NCBI GenBank assembly: GCA_045643205.1
Contig: JAZUKI010000010.1
Coordinates: 1 to 64,000, forward strand
DNA length: 64,000 nucleotides
Source: Clostridia bacterium
GTDB lineage: Bacteria > Bacillota > Clostridia > TANB77 > CAG-508
Direction: 5' to 3'
The notes beneath the pieces were generated by a model that searched no databases, was not told the DNA's origin, and saw only the letters and a list, made by a program, of their open reading frames with translations. A program made the translations under genes and the position numbers. Of this stretch, positions 40,726 through 51,059 are shown one piece after another. The stretch's first letter is position 1, and each line of letters opens with the position of its first letter.

Positions 40726-41409
40726 ATGATCGAATTTAGAAATGTTTCACAAACATATGATAAAGCAGAAAATGAAACTATTCATAATGCTAGTTTTAAA
40801 ATTGAAAAAGGTGAATTTGTATTTTTGATTGGAAGTTCTGGATCTGGAAAATCAACATTAATTAAGTTGATTGAAAAAGAAGAAAATCCAACATCAGGAC
40901 AAATTATTATAAATGGAAGAGATACTACAAATTTAAAACAAAGTAGAATACCATATTTAAGAAGAAGTATGGGAGTTGTTTTCCAAGACTTCAGACTTCT
41001 TCCAGATTTAACAGTTTATGAAAATGTTGCTTTTGCAATGAATGTTGTTAAGGCAGCTCCAAAGCATATTAGAAGACAAGTTCCACTTGTACTTTCACAA
41101 GTAGGATTAAGCAATGAAGCAAATAAATATCCAAATGAATTATCAGGTGGTCAACAACAAAGAGTTGCACTTGCAAGGGCAATGGTAAACAATCCATCAA
41201 TGCTTATCGCAGATGAGCCTACAGGAAACTTAGATCCAGATACTGCTTGGGATATTATGGGTATTCTTAATGAAATCAACTTAAGAGGAACAACAGTAGT
41301 TATTGCAACACATGCTAAAGACATAGTTGATAGAATGAATAAGAGAGTAATCAGAATTGAAAAAGGTACTATAATTTCAGATAAAAAAGGTGGTTATGAT
41401 GAGATTTAA
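40726..41409 (+). CDS. ftsE: Cell division ATP-binding protein FtsE
   Basis: GSSGSGKST, VVFQDFRLL, LSGGQQQR, ADEPTGNLD. Confidence 0.92.
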   Translation: MIEFRNVSQTYDKAENETIHNASFKIEKGEFVFLIGSSGSGKSTLIKLIEKEENPTSGQIIINGRDTTNLKQSRIPYLRRSMGVVFQDFRLLPDLTVYENVAFAMNVVKAAPKHIRRQVPLVLSQVGLSNEANKYPNELSGGQQQRVALARAMVNNPSMLIADEPTGNLDPDTAWDIMGILNEINLRGTTVVIATHAKDIVDRMNKRVIRIEKGTIISDKKGGYDEI

Positions 41410-42313
41410 TAGTTTAAAATATATGATTAAAGAAGCTTTTAAAAGTGTATTTAAACAAAGAAAAATGAGTAGTGCATCAATTGCAATCATGATTGCAACA
41501 ATGTTTATTTTTGGAATCTTCTTTATACTTGGTGAAAACATTAACTTTGTTATGGAACAAGTTGAAAATAAACAAGGTATGAGAGTAGTAATCAAAGATG
41601 AAGTTGAAGAAAGCATTCTTGAAGGATTAAAATCAAAGATTCAAAATATTGAGATTAATGGAAAGAAAGTTGTAAACACAGTTACATTTATTTCAAAAGA
41701 AGATGCAATGAAATCAATTAAAGAAAGACTTGGAGATAAACAAGATGTTCTTGAAGGATTAGATGAAGAAAACTTTTTACCTGCATCATATTTTGTTACA
41801 CTAAATGACTTAAGTAAAAATCAAGAAGTTCAAGATGAAATAATGAAGTTTGATGGTGTTGAAGAAATCAGCACAGACAATGATACAATTGCTAAATTAA
41901 ATAATATTGCAAAAGGAATAAGAATGGGAACATTAATTATTTTAGTAATACTTATTGCAATATCTATAGCAATTATTGCATACACAGTTAAGATTACAGT
42001 ATATGCAAGAAGAAAAGAAATTGAAATTATGAAATATGTAGGAGCCACAAATGGTTTTGTTAGAGGCCCATTCATAATAGAAGGTATGATTATTGGAATC
42101 ATTTCAGCAGCAATAAGCGTAATAATTATGATGCTTGTTTATAATGGTATATTAAATGGAATACTTGAATCAAACGTAATTCAATCATTAAGCGTTTCAT
42201 TCTATACATTTAATGAATTATTTATGAGAGTTTTAGGAGTATATTTAGTACTAGGTATTGGAATCGGTGTTTTAGGTTCATCAATTTCAATGAAGAAATA
42301 TTTAAATGCATAA
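41399..42313 (+). CDS. ftsX: Cell division permease FtsX
   Basis: Four-TM topology, RRKEIEIMKYVGAT..FVRGPF; follows ftsE. Confidence 0.9.
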   Translation: MRFNSLKYMIKEAFKSVFKQRKMSSASIAIMIATMFIFGIFFILGENINFVMEQVENKQGMRVVIKDEVEESILEGLKSKIQNIEINGKKVVNTVTFISKEDAMKSIKERLGDKQDVLEGLDEENFLPASYFVTLNDLSKNQEVQDEIMKFDGVEEISTDNDTIAKLNNIAKGIRMGTLIILVILIAISIAIIAYTVKITVYARRKEIEIMKYVGATNGFVRGPFIIEGMIIGIISAAISVIIMMLVYNGILNGILESNVIQSLSVSFYTFNELFMRVLGVYLVLGIGIGVLGSSISMKKYLNA

Positions 42314-42499
42314 TAAAAATTAAATTAATTCAAGAAAAAATAATTTAAGAAAAAATATTCAAGAAAATTATTATAAAAGATATAAAGAAATTTAGAATAA
42401 AAAACACATTAGAAAAAAGATAAAAAACTTTAGAAAAAATGTGAAGAAAACATTAGAAAAGTATTTAAAAAACGCTAGAAAAAATTTGGAGGAGAACCA

Positions 42500-43678
42500 A
42501 TGAAAACCAAAATTTTAAGTATTATACTTACAACTATTTTGATGTTCACTTTAGTATCATCTGTTTTTGCTGATGAAAGATCTGATTATGTTAATAAAAA
42601 GAATCAAGCACAAAGTCACCTTACAGAAGTAAAAAGTGAAAAATCAGCAGCAGCAGATGCAGCAAAGAAAGCTTCTGCAGCAGTATCTGATGTTGAAGAA
42701 GAAATTGCAACATTACAAGCTGAAATTGATGCTTTAAATGGTGAAATTTCAACTAAAGAAAATGAAATTCAAACTAAAGAAAAACAATTAAAAGAGAGGA
42801 TGAATCAACTTAAGAAAAGATTAACAGCTATGTATATTCAAGGTGATATTTCTTATCTTGATTTCTTATTAGGATCTTCAAATTATATTGATATGCTAGC
42901 AAATTATGATGCTGTTCAACAAATCACTGAAGCTGATGGCAAAATGATTGATGCTATCAAAAAAGAAAAACAAGAAATTGAAGACGCTAAAAAGAAGATA
43001 GAAGAAAACAAAGCTAAAGTTGAAGAAAATAAAAAGCAAAATGAAGCAAAAAAAGCTGAGTTGAAAAAAGCACAAGAAGAAAAAGAAAAAGCACTTTCTC
43101 AATTGACAGAAGAAGAAAAGAAAACTCAAGCTGAAATAGATTCATACAATGCTGCTATTAGTAAAATCGATGAGCAACTTAGAGAAGCTATGAAAAAGAC
43201 ACAACAAAAAACATCTTCAAGTGGAGGATTAGCAGGATTAAAATTTGATGGATCATTTATATGGCCATGTAATAATAAAATCGTAACATCTGGAATGAAA
43301 AGAAGATGGGGAAGATGGCATAAAGGAATTGATATTGGTGCGAGATATGAAAATGTTTATGCAGCAGCATCAGGATATGCATATCCAATGGAAAATCCAG
43401 GCGGATATGGACATTATGTAATGGTTATCCATGGTAGTGGATATATTACATTATATGGACACTTATCACAACAAAAAGTTTCATATGGACAATATGTTTC
43501 TCAAGGAGAAGTAATTGCTATATCTGGAAATAGTGGATCAAGTACTGGACCACATTTACATTTTGAAATAAGAAAGGCAAATAGTTTAACAAGTTTCTTC
43601 AGTGCAGCATTCTACAATCCACTTGATTACTTACCAGGTGGATGGTCTGCAACATCAGATGCATTTACAGAATCATAA
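42500..43678 (+). CDS. Coiled-coil M23 peptidoglycan endopeptidase
   Basis: Signal peptide, coiled coil, HKGID, YGHL, STGPHLHFE. Confidence 0.88.
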   Translation: MKTKILSIILTTILMFTLVSSVFADERSDYVNKKNQAQSHLTEVKSEKSAAADAAKKASAAVSDVEEEIATLQAEIDALNGEISTKENEIQTKEKQLKERMNQLKKRLTAMYIQGDISYLDFLLGSSNYIDMLANYDAVQQITEADGKMIDAIKKEKQEIEDAKKKIEENKAKVEENKKQNEAKKAELKKAQEEKEKALSQLTEEEKKTQAEIDSYNAAISKIDEQLREAMKKTQQKTSSSGGLAGLKFDGSFIWPCNNKIVTSGMKRRWGRWHKGIDIGARYENVYAAASGYAYPMENPGGYGHYVMVIHGSGYITLYGHLSQQKVSYGQYVSQGEVIAISGNSGSSTGPHLHFEIRKANSLTSFFSAAFYNPLDYLPGGWSATSDAFTES

Positions 43679-43712
43679 AATATAAATAAATAGTAAGAAA
43701 GGAGAAAATAGC

Positions 43713-44999
43713 ATGAAAAAGATTTTAAACACAATGTTTTGTAGTTTAACAATAGTAGTGCTATTTTCTTTTAATTTTGTTTTTGCTATAGAAAATGAAA
43801 TTGCAAGTGAAACAGCCAATACAAATTCGAATGAAACAACAAACACAACTACAAATGAAACAGATAATACAACTTCTAATGAAACAGTTAGAACCCTAAC
43901 TTTACAAGAACAACAAAATCAAGTTAGTACAAACTTAAATACTGCAAGTCAACAATTAGGTTATGTTGAAACAGAATTAACTGCAAAAGAATTAGAAATT
44001 CAAAAATTACAAGATCAAATAAATGAGTTTCAAAATAAATTAGAAGTATCAGAGCGAAATTATAAAACAGCACAAGAAGAATATTTTGCGTCTGAAAAAG
44101 AATTGGAAAAATTAAAAAAAGAATATGATAAAGAAAAGACAGCACTAAAAAAGAGATTAAGAGCAATATATGCAAAAGGTGAAATATCATATTTAGAAGT
44201 TCTTTTAAATTCAAAAGATATTATTGAATTTTTATCTAATTATATTGTTCTTGATGAAATTGCAGATTATGATAACAAAAAGATTTCAGAAATAAAAAGT
44301 GCAATGCAATCAATTAATGAAAAGAATGAACAATTAATTGCAAAAAAAGAAGAACTAAAAAAGATAAAAGCAGAAAACGAAAAGCAAAATGTTCTACTTA
44401 CAAATACAAAAACAATTTTAGAAAATGAAAAGAAGAGCTTAAATGATAGCGAATTAACATTAATGGCTCAAATAGATAGTTATAAAAAGCAACAAGTTGA
44501 AATAGAAGGATTAATTAATAGATCAATTTATTCTTCAACATACGAATTGTTTTACACAGGCGGAATAATGATTTGGCCAACATACACAACATCATATATC
44601 ACATCTCCATTTGGAACTAGATTACATCCAATTCAAGGTATTATAAAAAATCATAGTGGAATTGATATTGGTGGAAGAACGGATGATCCAATTTATGCAG
44701 CATCAGATGGCGTTATCATTTATTATGGCTGGATGAGTGGTTATGGAAACTGTGTAATGATTGATCATGGAATGAATAATATAGGACAAAAAATAGTTAC
44801 ACTATATGGACATGGAAATAAATTAATGGATAATTTACGGATTGGTTCAATTGTTAAACAAGGCGAACAAATAATGTACTTAGGTTCAACAGGTAATTCT
44901 ACAGGACCACACGTACATTTTGAAGTTAGAGAAAATGGCGTAGCAGTAGATCCAAAAAATTATTTATCTACAAGGGAGGAAGAAAACACTAATGAATAA
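43713..44999 (+). CDS. Second coiled-coil M23 peptidoglycan endopeptidase
   Basis: Signal peptide, coiled coil, HSGID, STGPHVHFE. Confidence 0.88.
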   Translation: MKKILNTMFCSLTIVVLFSFNFVFAIENEIASETANTNSNETTNTTTNETDNTTSNETVRTLTLQEQQNQVSTNLNTASQQLGYVETELTAKELEIQKLQDQINEFQNKLEVSERNYKTAQEEYFASEKELEKLKKEYDKEKTALKKRLRAIYAKGEISYLEVLLNSKDIIEFLSNYIVLDEIADYDNKKISEIKSAMQSINEKNEQLIAKKEELKKIKAENEKQNVLLTNTKTILENEKKSLNDSELTLMAQIDSYKKQQVEIEGLINRSIYSSTYELFYTGGIMIWPTYTTSYITSPFGTRLHPIQGIIKNHSGIDIGGRTDDPIYAASDGVIIYYGWMSGYGNCVMIDHGMNNIGQKIVTLYGHGNKLMDNLRIGSIVKQGEQIMYLGSTGNSTGPHVHFEVRENGVAVDPKNYLSTREEENTNE

Positions 45000-46218
45000 G
45001 GTATTAAAAACAATATTAACAATATTAGGTACAGCAATAGTATCAGTAATTATAACTATAGTTGTTATATATGGAGGAAATAAAGATTCAGCATTTGTTA
45101 ACTTTTTTAGAGGAGATGCAACAGAAAACATTGTTGGATCAGGATTAGAATCATCAACACTTTCACAAAAATTACATTTAATAAAAGAAAAAATCAATGA
45201 AGAATATATAGGAACTATTGATGAAAAACAAATGGCAGAATATACAATAAAAGGATATGTTGCAGGATTAGGTGATAAATATTCAGCATATTATACAAAA
45301 GAAGAAATGGCAGATTTAATGGAAGATACTCAAGGAAATTTTGTTGGAATTGGTGTTTATTTAATTTTAGATGAAGAAAGAAATTTAGTAAAAATATATG
45401 GAGTAATTCCAAACTCACCAGCAGAAGCAGCAGGAGTTCAAGCAGGCGATTATATTACAAGCATAAATGGAATGAATGTTGATGGCTCACAATTAGAAAA
45501 AATATCAGATGAATTAAGAGGAAAAGAAGGCTCAAAGGTAACATTTAAAGTTTTAAGAGATACTCAAACATTAGAATTTAATGTAACAAGAAGAAAAGTT
45601 GAAATAGTTCATGTTACAGGACAAATGGTTGAAGATAATATTGGATATATTGCAGTTGATTCTTATGAAGGAAACGTTGCTGAACAATTTGAAAAAGAAT
45701 ATGATGATTTAGTAAAAAAAGGAATGAAAGCTTTAATTGTAGATATAAGAAATAATGGTGGTGGATTAGTTGATCAATCAGTACAAATGGCAGATTATTT
45801 CTTAGATACTGGAACAAACATATTAATAGAAAGAGACAATAAGCAAAGAGAAACAATAACAAAAGCAGAAACAAGAAAGAAAATTACAATGCCTACAGTT
45901 GTTTTAGTAAATGAATATTCAGCAAGTGCTTCAGAAATATTCTCAGCAGCTGTTAAAGAAAAAGCAGATAATGTTACTATAGTTGGAACTAAAACATTTG
46001 GAAAAGGTGTAATTCAAGGTTTATACAATTTAACAGATGGAAGTGGATTAAAAATAACAATAGAAGAATACTTTACACCAGATCATAATGAAATAAATAA
46101 AGTTGGTGTTGAACCAGACTATGTTGTAGATGATTATCAATACACATCAAAATTAGAAACAGATAAAGATACACAATATCAAAAAGCAGTTGAGGTTTTA
46201 AAATCTCAAATTCAATAA
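44992..46218 (+). CDS. S41 family carboxyl-terminal processing protease (PDZ domain)
   Basis: GIGV PDZ, DIRNNGGG, SASASE, TFGKG. Confidence 0.9.
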   Translation: MNKVLKTILTILGTAIVSVIITIVVIYGGNKDSAFVNFFRGDATENIVGSGLESSTLSQKLHLIKEKINEEYIGTIDEKQMAEYTIKGYVAGLGDKYSAYYTKEEMADLMEDTQGNFVGIGVYLILDEERNLVKIYGVIPNSPAEAAGVQAGDYITSINGMNVDGSQLEKISDELRGKEGSKVTFKVLRDTQTLEFNVTRRKVEIVHVTGQMVEDNIGYIAVDSYEGNVAEQFEKEYDDLVKKGMKALIVDIRNNGGGLVDQSVQMADYFLDTGTNILIERDNKQRETITKAETRKKITMPTVVLVNEYSASASEIFSAAVKEKADNVTIVGTKTFGKGVIQGLYNLTDGSGLKITIEEYFTPDHNEINKVGVEPDYVVDDYQYTSKLETDKDTQYQKAVEVLKSQIQ

Positions 46219-46251
46219 TTAATAATTAATAATTAATAATTAATAATTAAT
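46214..46251. repeat. (AATAATT)5 tandem repeat spanning the stop codon
   Basis: Directly visible. Confidence 0.8.
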
Positions 46252-46296
46252 GATAAAAAATAAGCAACAAGGAAATAATAAAACAATAAAAAGAGT

Positions 46297-46330
46297 AAAA
46301 ACAGCTGTATTTAAAGTACAGCTGTTTTTT
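46297..46330 (+). terminator. Intrinsic terminator
   Basis: aaaaacagctgta/tacagctgttttt. Confidence 0.75.
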
Positions 46331-46362
46331 ATAAAAAAAATTAATAAAACTTGAAAAAAATG

Positions 46363-46391
46363 TTGACAAGCAACTTAATATTTAGTATACT
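46363..46391 (+). promoter_or_regulatory. Promoter of the tRNA operon
   Basis: TTGACA-17-TATACT. Confidence 0.8.
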
Positions 46392-46410
46392 AATGCTTGT
46401 CAGTAAATAT

Positions 46411-46486
46411 GGTCGCTTAGCTCAGCTGGGAGAGCACCTGCCTTACAAGCAGGGGGTCATAGGTTCGAGCCCTATAGCGACCACCA
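46411..46486 (+). tRNA. tRNA-Val(TAC)
   Basis: Anticodon loop containing TAC (ctgccttacaagcag), TTCGA loop, CCA end. Confidence 0.95.
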
Positions 46487-46496
46487 TTTTACTTAT

Positions 46497-46574
46497 GGCC
46501 CGGTAGTTCAGTTGGTTTAGAACGCCGCCCTGTCACGGCGGAGGTCGTCGGTTCGAGCCCGATCCGGGTCGCCA
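46497..46574 (+). tRNA. tRNA-Asp(GTC)
   Basis: ccgcc-ctGTCac-ggcgg, CCA end. Confidence 0.95.
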
Positions 46575-46589
46575 TTTTTTTTTGTTTAT

Positions 46590-46665
<76 letters not shown>

Positions 46666-46669
46666 AGCT

Positions 46670-46695
46670 AAGTCTTAGATTTTCTAAGACTTTTT
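46670..46695 (+). terminator. Terminator of the tRNA operon
   Basis: aagtcttaga/tctaagactt followed by T run. Confidence 0.7.
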
Positions 46696-46780
46696 CTTTT
46701 TCTTTACAAATATTAAATCTATGTAATTTATAAGTATTTTAAATTATTTTCTTATATAATAAGTTTGAAGAATTATATTT

Positions 46781-47290
46781 ATGGAGAAATACATGGAAGA
46801 AATGGAAAAAGAGGAAGACTTATTTCCACAACTCATAAGATTTAATGATGGCAGTGCAATAATTGTTTGTGGTGTTTCTGATGAAAAATATAAAGTCTTT
46901 CATGGAAAAGAACAATATAAAATAAAATCAATATATGTTTCTGATTATGTGAAAGAAGGCGGAATAATAAAAACTGAACCATCATATAGTATTGTAGTTG
47001 AACATCCTATTGATGATAATAAAAATGCAGAACTAACTTCTATAGATTTACAAGATTATGTAGTTGAATTTGTTAGAGAATTTTTACATGGCAATTTTGA
47101 TAGAAGAAAAATTTGTCATTACATTGGAAGAAAAAATAAAGAATTAGATAATATGATTATATCTGACAAAGTTAAAAAAGAAATTGTTGAGAAAGAGCTT
47201 GAACCAGCTTTAAAAAAACGAAAGATGGATAGATATAATACAGTTAAAGCAGAATTTAATTCTGTTTTAGAAAGCAGAATGTATGATTAA
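46781..47290 (+). CDS. Hypothetical protein
   Basis: 169-aa ORF with typical codon bias; no motif recognised. Confidence 0.65.
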   Translation: MEKYMEEMEKEEDLFPQLIRFNDGSAIIVCGVSDEKYKVFHGKEQYKIKSIYVSDYVKEGGIIKTEPSYSIVVEHPIDDNKNAELTSIDLQDYVVEFVREFLHGNFDRRKICHYIGRKNKELDNMIISDKVKKEIVEKELEPALKKRKMDRYNTVKAEFNSVLESRMYD

Positions 47291-47316
47291 TATTTTTATT
47301 ATTAAGGAGTAAGAAT

Positions 47317-48237
47317 ATGGAAGAAGGAAAAAACAATTTAAAAGGCAATGAACAAAATCGAGCAAGTCAAGTAAATCAATCAAATCAAGAAAATCAATTA
47401 AGTAAATTAAAGAGAAAAATTACAGGTGTTTCTACAAAAGGAAAAGTGATTTTAGTAGGAACTATTGCAAGCAGTTTACTTATAGGAACAGTAGCAGGAG
47501 TTTGTATAAGTAAAAATGAAAAATTATATGATCATGCTGCAGAAGAATATGTAAATTGCATATCTAGAGATGAATTAAAATCAATTGCTAAAGGCTATTC
47601 ACCAGAAAAAGATGAAGTTATAAGTGATAGATATGAAATGCAAAGACAAGAAGGATATGAAATAATTAAGGAGATTACAGGATTAGAGGGATTATATGAT
47701 CAAAATCATAATGCTGTTTCTTATGAAGATTATGAAAGAGTTGCAGAAGAATATAAAGCTTTTGTAAAAGAGTTTGCTTGGGATAATGTAGGACAATATA
47801 TTTATGATGAAGAAGATAAATCTAGATTTTGCTTTTATATAGATACTAGCGATGCGCCTGAATATACTATGGCTATTGATAGATATAGTCATACAAATAA
47901 CGAAAAAGCAAATGATTTATATGTTACAAATGCATATAGTGTTGAGGACACTAAATACTTATATAGATTAGTTAAAAATTATATTGATATTTTAGATTCT
48001 AATAGTCTAGAAAGTTTAAGAAAAAATTTAAATAATGCACCAGATATAATAAATGATGTAGTAAATCAAATGTATTATATAGATGAAAAAAATTGTTTAC
48101 ATGAACTTCCAATTGAGAAAGTACAAGACCATGCTGTTGAAGAAATTCAAGATGGCGATTATACCATCGTTAAAGATGAAAATAATGGAACAAAAGTTAT
48201 TTTAACTGATAATAAGCAAGAAGAAAAAGAACTATAA
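47317..48237 (+). CDS. Hypothetical single-TM protein
   Basis: aaggag RBS, one hydrophobic segment, acidic body. Confidence 0.7.
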   Translation: MEEGKNNLKGNEQNRASQVNQSNQENQLSKLKRKITGVSTKGKVILVGTIASSLLIGTVAGVCISKNEKLYDHAAEEYVNCISRDELKSIAKGYSPEKDEVISDRYEMQRQEGYEIIKEITGLEGLYDQNHNAVSYEDYERVAEEYKAFVKEFAWDNVGQYIYDEEDKSRFCFYIDTSDAPEYTMAIDRYSHTNNEKANDLYVTNAYSVEDTKYLYRLVKNYIDILDSNSLESLRKNLNNAPDIINDVVNQMYYIDEKNCLHELPIEKVQDHAVEEIQDGDYTIVKDENNGTKVILTDNKQEEKEL

Positions 48238-48291
48238 TCTAATATTTTAGGAAAAACAAAATAAAAATATTAAATAGATATTTTAAAAATA

Positions 48292-48354
48292 AAAAAGGAA
48301 ACTATTTATATGGTGAACCTAAGTGGATTCATTATAATTAATAGTTTCCTTTTT
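48292..48354. terminator. Bidirectional terminator between convergent genes
   Basis: aaaaaggaaactatt/aatagtttccttttt. Confidence 0.65.
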
Positions 48355-48368
48355 AGTTTATATAAAAT

Positions 48369-49004
48369 TTATTTTAAATTTGTTTGAATTAATTCTACAA
48401 GTGTCTTAGCTATGTCAGGAGTTAAATATGCATAACTTGAATCAGAAGTGTTTTTAAGTAATCCACCTTTTATTTCTTCATTTTCTTCAAAATAGCCTAA
48501 AGCATAAGTTGTATTTTTTGAAGAGACAAATAATTCATATTGAAAATCAGCATCTACTTGTGAATCATTTTTAAACTCGATTTGGTCTATTAAGGCATCT
48601 ATATCTGCAGCATTTTCAAGTGAATTAATAACAATTCCACTTTTAACATCTTTAATAGAAGATTGTTGATCTGTACTTACTGGAACATATTCTTTTTCTT
48701 TATATTCATCTAAAAGCTTATTCCATTCAGATTCATAATCCTCATATTTCATACCATAAGTTCCGATTTTTACATCATCATAATAAATGTTTTGTTGATA
48801 ATTTATTGTTTTATGATAGTCAATTACTTTATAGAAAACACCTGAATAAATAACTGTACCACCATCATTTACATCTGAATCTTTAATACAAAATAGAGGA
48901 GCTTTTCCTTCTGATGCTCTACTATAATCAATTAAAAATAATATGCCTAAAGTACATACTGTTAAAAATATTAAAACAAAAATACACTTAAAAAATCTTT
49001 TCAT
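48369..49004 (-). CDS. Hypothetical membrane-anchored protein
   Basis: aaggag RBS, N-terminal TM, ID..R......P.FC...DGGT..Y.G..YKVI.Y pattern. Confidence 0.7.
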   Translation of the reverse strand: MKRFFKCIFVLIFLTVCTLGILFLIDYSRASEGKAPLFCIKDSDVNDGGTVIYSGVFYKVIDYHKTINYQQNIYYDDVKIGTYGMKYEDYESEWNKLLDEYKEKEYVPVSTDQQSSIKDVKSGIVINSLENAADIDALIDQIEFKNDSQVDADFQYELFVSSKNTTYALGYFEENEEIKGGLLKNTSDSSYAYLTPDIAKTLVELIQTNLK

Positions 49005-49133
49005 ACAATTCTCCTTTAATAAGGCAAAGCCTTAAGCTTATTACAGCTGAATTATACCATAAGATTGGCAAAAATCAATTTTTTATTGAAAACTTAGCGG
49101 GTAAATGATATTATTCAAATGAGGTTAAGAGAG

Positions 49134-49859
49134 ATGTATAATTTTTTTGTAGAAAGTGATCAATTTTACAATGATAAAGTTGACATAAAAGATGAAAATT
49201 TCAATCATATCAAAAATGTTTTGAGAATGAAAACTGAAGATGAATTAATTGTTTCAGATAAAGAAAAAGGTAATAGTTTTTTATGCCAAATATGTGAAAT
49301 TGGTGAGAATAAGATTATATGCAATATTCTAAAAGAAATGGAATCAACAGAACCAAAAGTAGATGTAGATTTGTTCCAAGGAATACCAAAATCTGACAAA
49401 ATGGAAATGATTATTCAAAAAAATATTGAAGTTGGAATAAACAAAATTTATCCAGTCGAAATGAAATTTTGTATTGGAAAAATTAAGGATAATAAAAAAA
49501 TAGTAAGATGGCAAACCATTGCTGAAGCTGCAGCAAAACAAAGCAAGAGAAACATTATCCCTAAAATTGAAAATCCAATTACTTTTAAAGAGATGTCTAT
49601 ATTAATTAAAGAATATGATTTAGCACTTATTGCATATGAAAATGAGGAAAAAACAAATATAAAAGAAGTTTTACAAGAATATCCTGATGCTAAAAGAATA
49701 GCTATTATCATAGGACCAGAAGGTGGAATTGGCAAAGAAGAAGTTGAAAATTTAGTATCGAATGGTGCAAAAGAAGTTAGCCTTGGCAAAAGGATATTAA
49801 GAACTGAAACAGCTTCAATTTCAATGCTAAGCATGATTATGTATCAATATGATTTATAA
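49134..49859 (+). CDS. rsmE: 16S rRNA m3U1498 methyltransferase RsmE
   Basis: HIKNVLR, EAAAKQSKR, IIGPEGG, LGKRILRTETA. Confidence 0.93.
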   Translation: MYNFFVESDQFYNDKVDIKDENFNHIKNVLRMKTEDELIVSDKEKGNSFLCQICEIGENKIICNILKEMESTEPKVDVDLFQGIPKSDKMEMIIQKNIEVGINKIYPVEMKFCIGKIKDNKKIVRWQTIAEAAAKQSKRNIIPKIENPITFKEMSILIKEYDLALIAYENEEKTNIKEVLQEYPDAKRIAIIIGPEGGIGKEEVENLVSNGAKEVSLGKRILRTETASISMLSMIMYQYDL

Positions 49860-49890
49860 TCAAAAGAAGTTATAAACAAATGAGGATAAT

Positions 49891-50676
49891 ATGAGTAATA
49901 AAAAAAGTAACAAATCAAAGAAAAATAATAAGAAGGTTTCTTCAACAAAAAAAATGAATGAAAATAATATTCAATATGTGAGAGAAGCATTAGACGATAA
50001 AGTAGAAGATAAAATTCAAAAAAACATGGAAGATAAAATTATAGCAGTTGAAGAGAATAAAGAAAATGAAGTTAGAAAAGATAAAAACAATAAAAACAAT
50101 AAAAATAAAGTAGATAAAAAAAATGAAAAAAATACAAACAATGAAGATAATGAAGAAAATATAATTATAGAACAAGAAGAACCTGATAATAAAGAACAAC
50201 TTGTTAAAGAAAATTTTTATAAAAATGAAATTTTAGACAAAATTAAAGATGAATTAAAAAACAAGAAAAAGAAAAATTCAAAAAGTAGAAAAAGAAAATT
50301 AATTTTTATAAATTTTATTGTTGGTGCTATAGTTGAATTATTTATTTTAGGATGTTTAAGCCTTGTAATTTGGGTTCCACAAGATATTACAAAAATAGTA
50401 TATATTGTAAGTTTAGTTGCAGGAGTGATAGCTGCTGTAACATTATTGGAATTAGGATACATTAAGAAAAAATTATTATATTCAATTTATGGAATTGAAA
50501 ATTTTGCTGTAACAATTTTGGATTTATTAATTATGGATAAATTAAAAAATAGTGAAATTACAGATGTTTATAATTTATTTATTATAATCTCGGCAAGTGT
50601 CGCAATATATTATATAATTAGGGCTTTTGTCATTAATATTACTTATAAAAATGTTGACTGTGCAGAAAAAAAGTAG
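49891..50676 (+). CDS. Hypothetical membrane protein (charged N-terminus, four TM helices)
   Basis: ORF with K/N/E-rich head and hydrophobic C-terminal half. Confidence 0.7.
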   Translation: MSNKKSNKSKKNNKKVSSTKKMNENNIQYVREALDDKVEDKIQKNMEDKIIAVEENKENEVRKDKNNKNNKNKVDKKNEKNTNNEDNEENIIIEQEEPDNKEQLVKENFYKNEILDKIKDELKNKKKKNSKSRKRKLIFINFIVGAIVELFILGCLSLVIWVPQDITKIVYIVSLVAGVIAAVTLLELGYIKKKLLYSIYGIENFAVTILDLLIMDKLKNSEITDVYNLFIIISASVAIYYIIRAFVINITYKNVDCAEKK

Positions 50677-50715
50677 TAAAATTATCATAGTTTTTTTGAA
50701 AGGAAGATAAATAAA

Positions 50716-51015
50716 ATGTTATTTAAACCAACAGTTGCACAACTTCTTACAAAAGGTGAAAACAGATATAGATTAGCTATAGCTTCAGCAAAAAGAGCTA
50801 GACAAATATTTGCAGGAAGCCAACCATTAGTTGATACTGAGGATACAGCTCCCGTTACAATCGCTGCTGATGAAATAATGGCAGATGCTTTAAAGATTTA
50901 TGATGAAGATGAATGGAATCAAAAAAGAAAAGATTATGAAACAAACATCAAATTAATTTCTAGAACATCAGCAATTACAGGAATGGATAGTTCAGCAGAA
51001 ACTCAAAACGTTTAA
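50716..51015 (+). CDS. rpoZ: RNA polymerase omega subunit
   Basis: P....L.....NRY.L....AKRARQI...PV.IA..EI. Confidence 0.88.
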   Translation: MLFKPTVAQLLTKGENRYRLAIASAKRARQIFAGSQPLVDTEDTAPVTIAADEIMADALKIYDEDEWNQKRKDYETNIKLISRTSAITGMDSSAETQNV

Positions 51016-51059
51016 TATTCAAGAAATACCAAGCAAGTTTATTAAGTGGAGGGGGAAAT

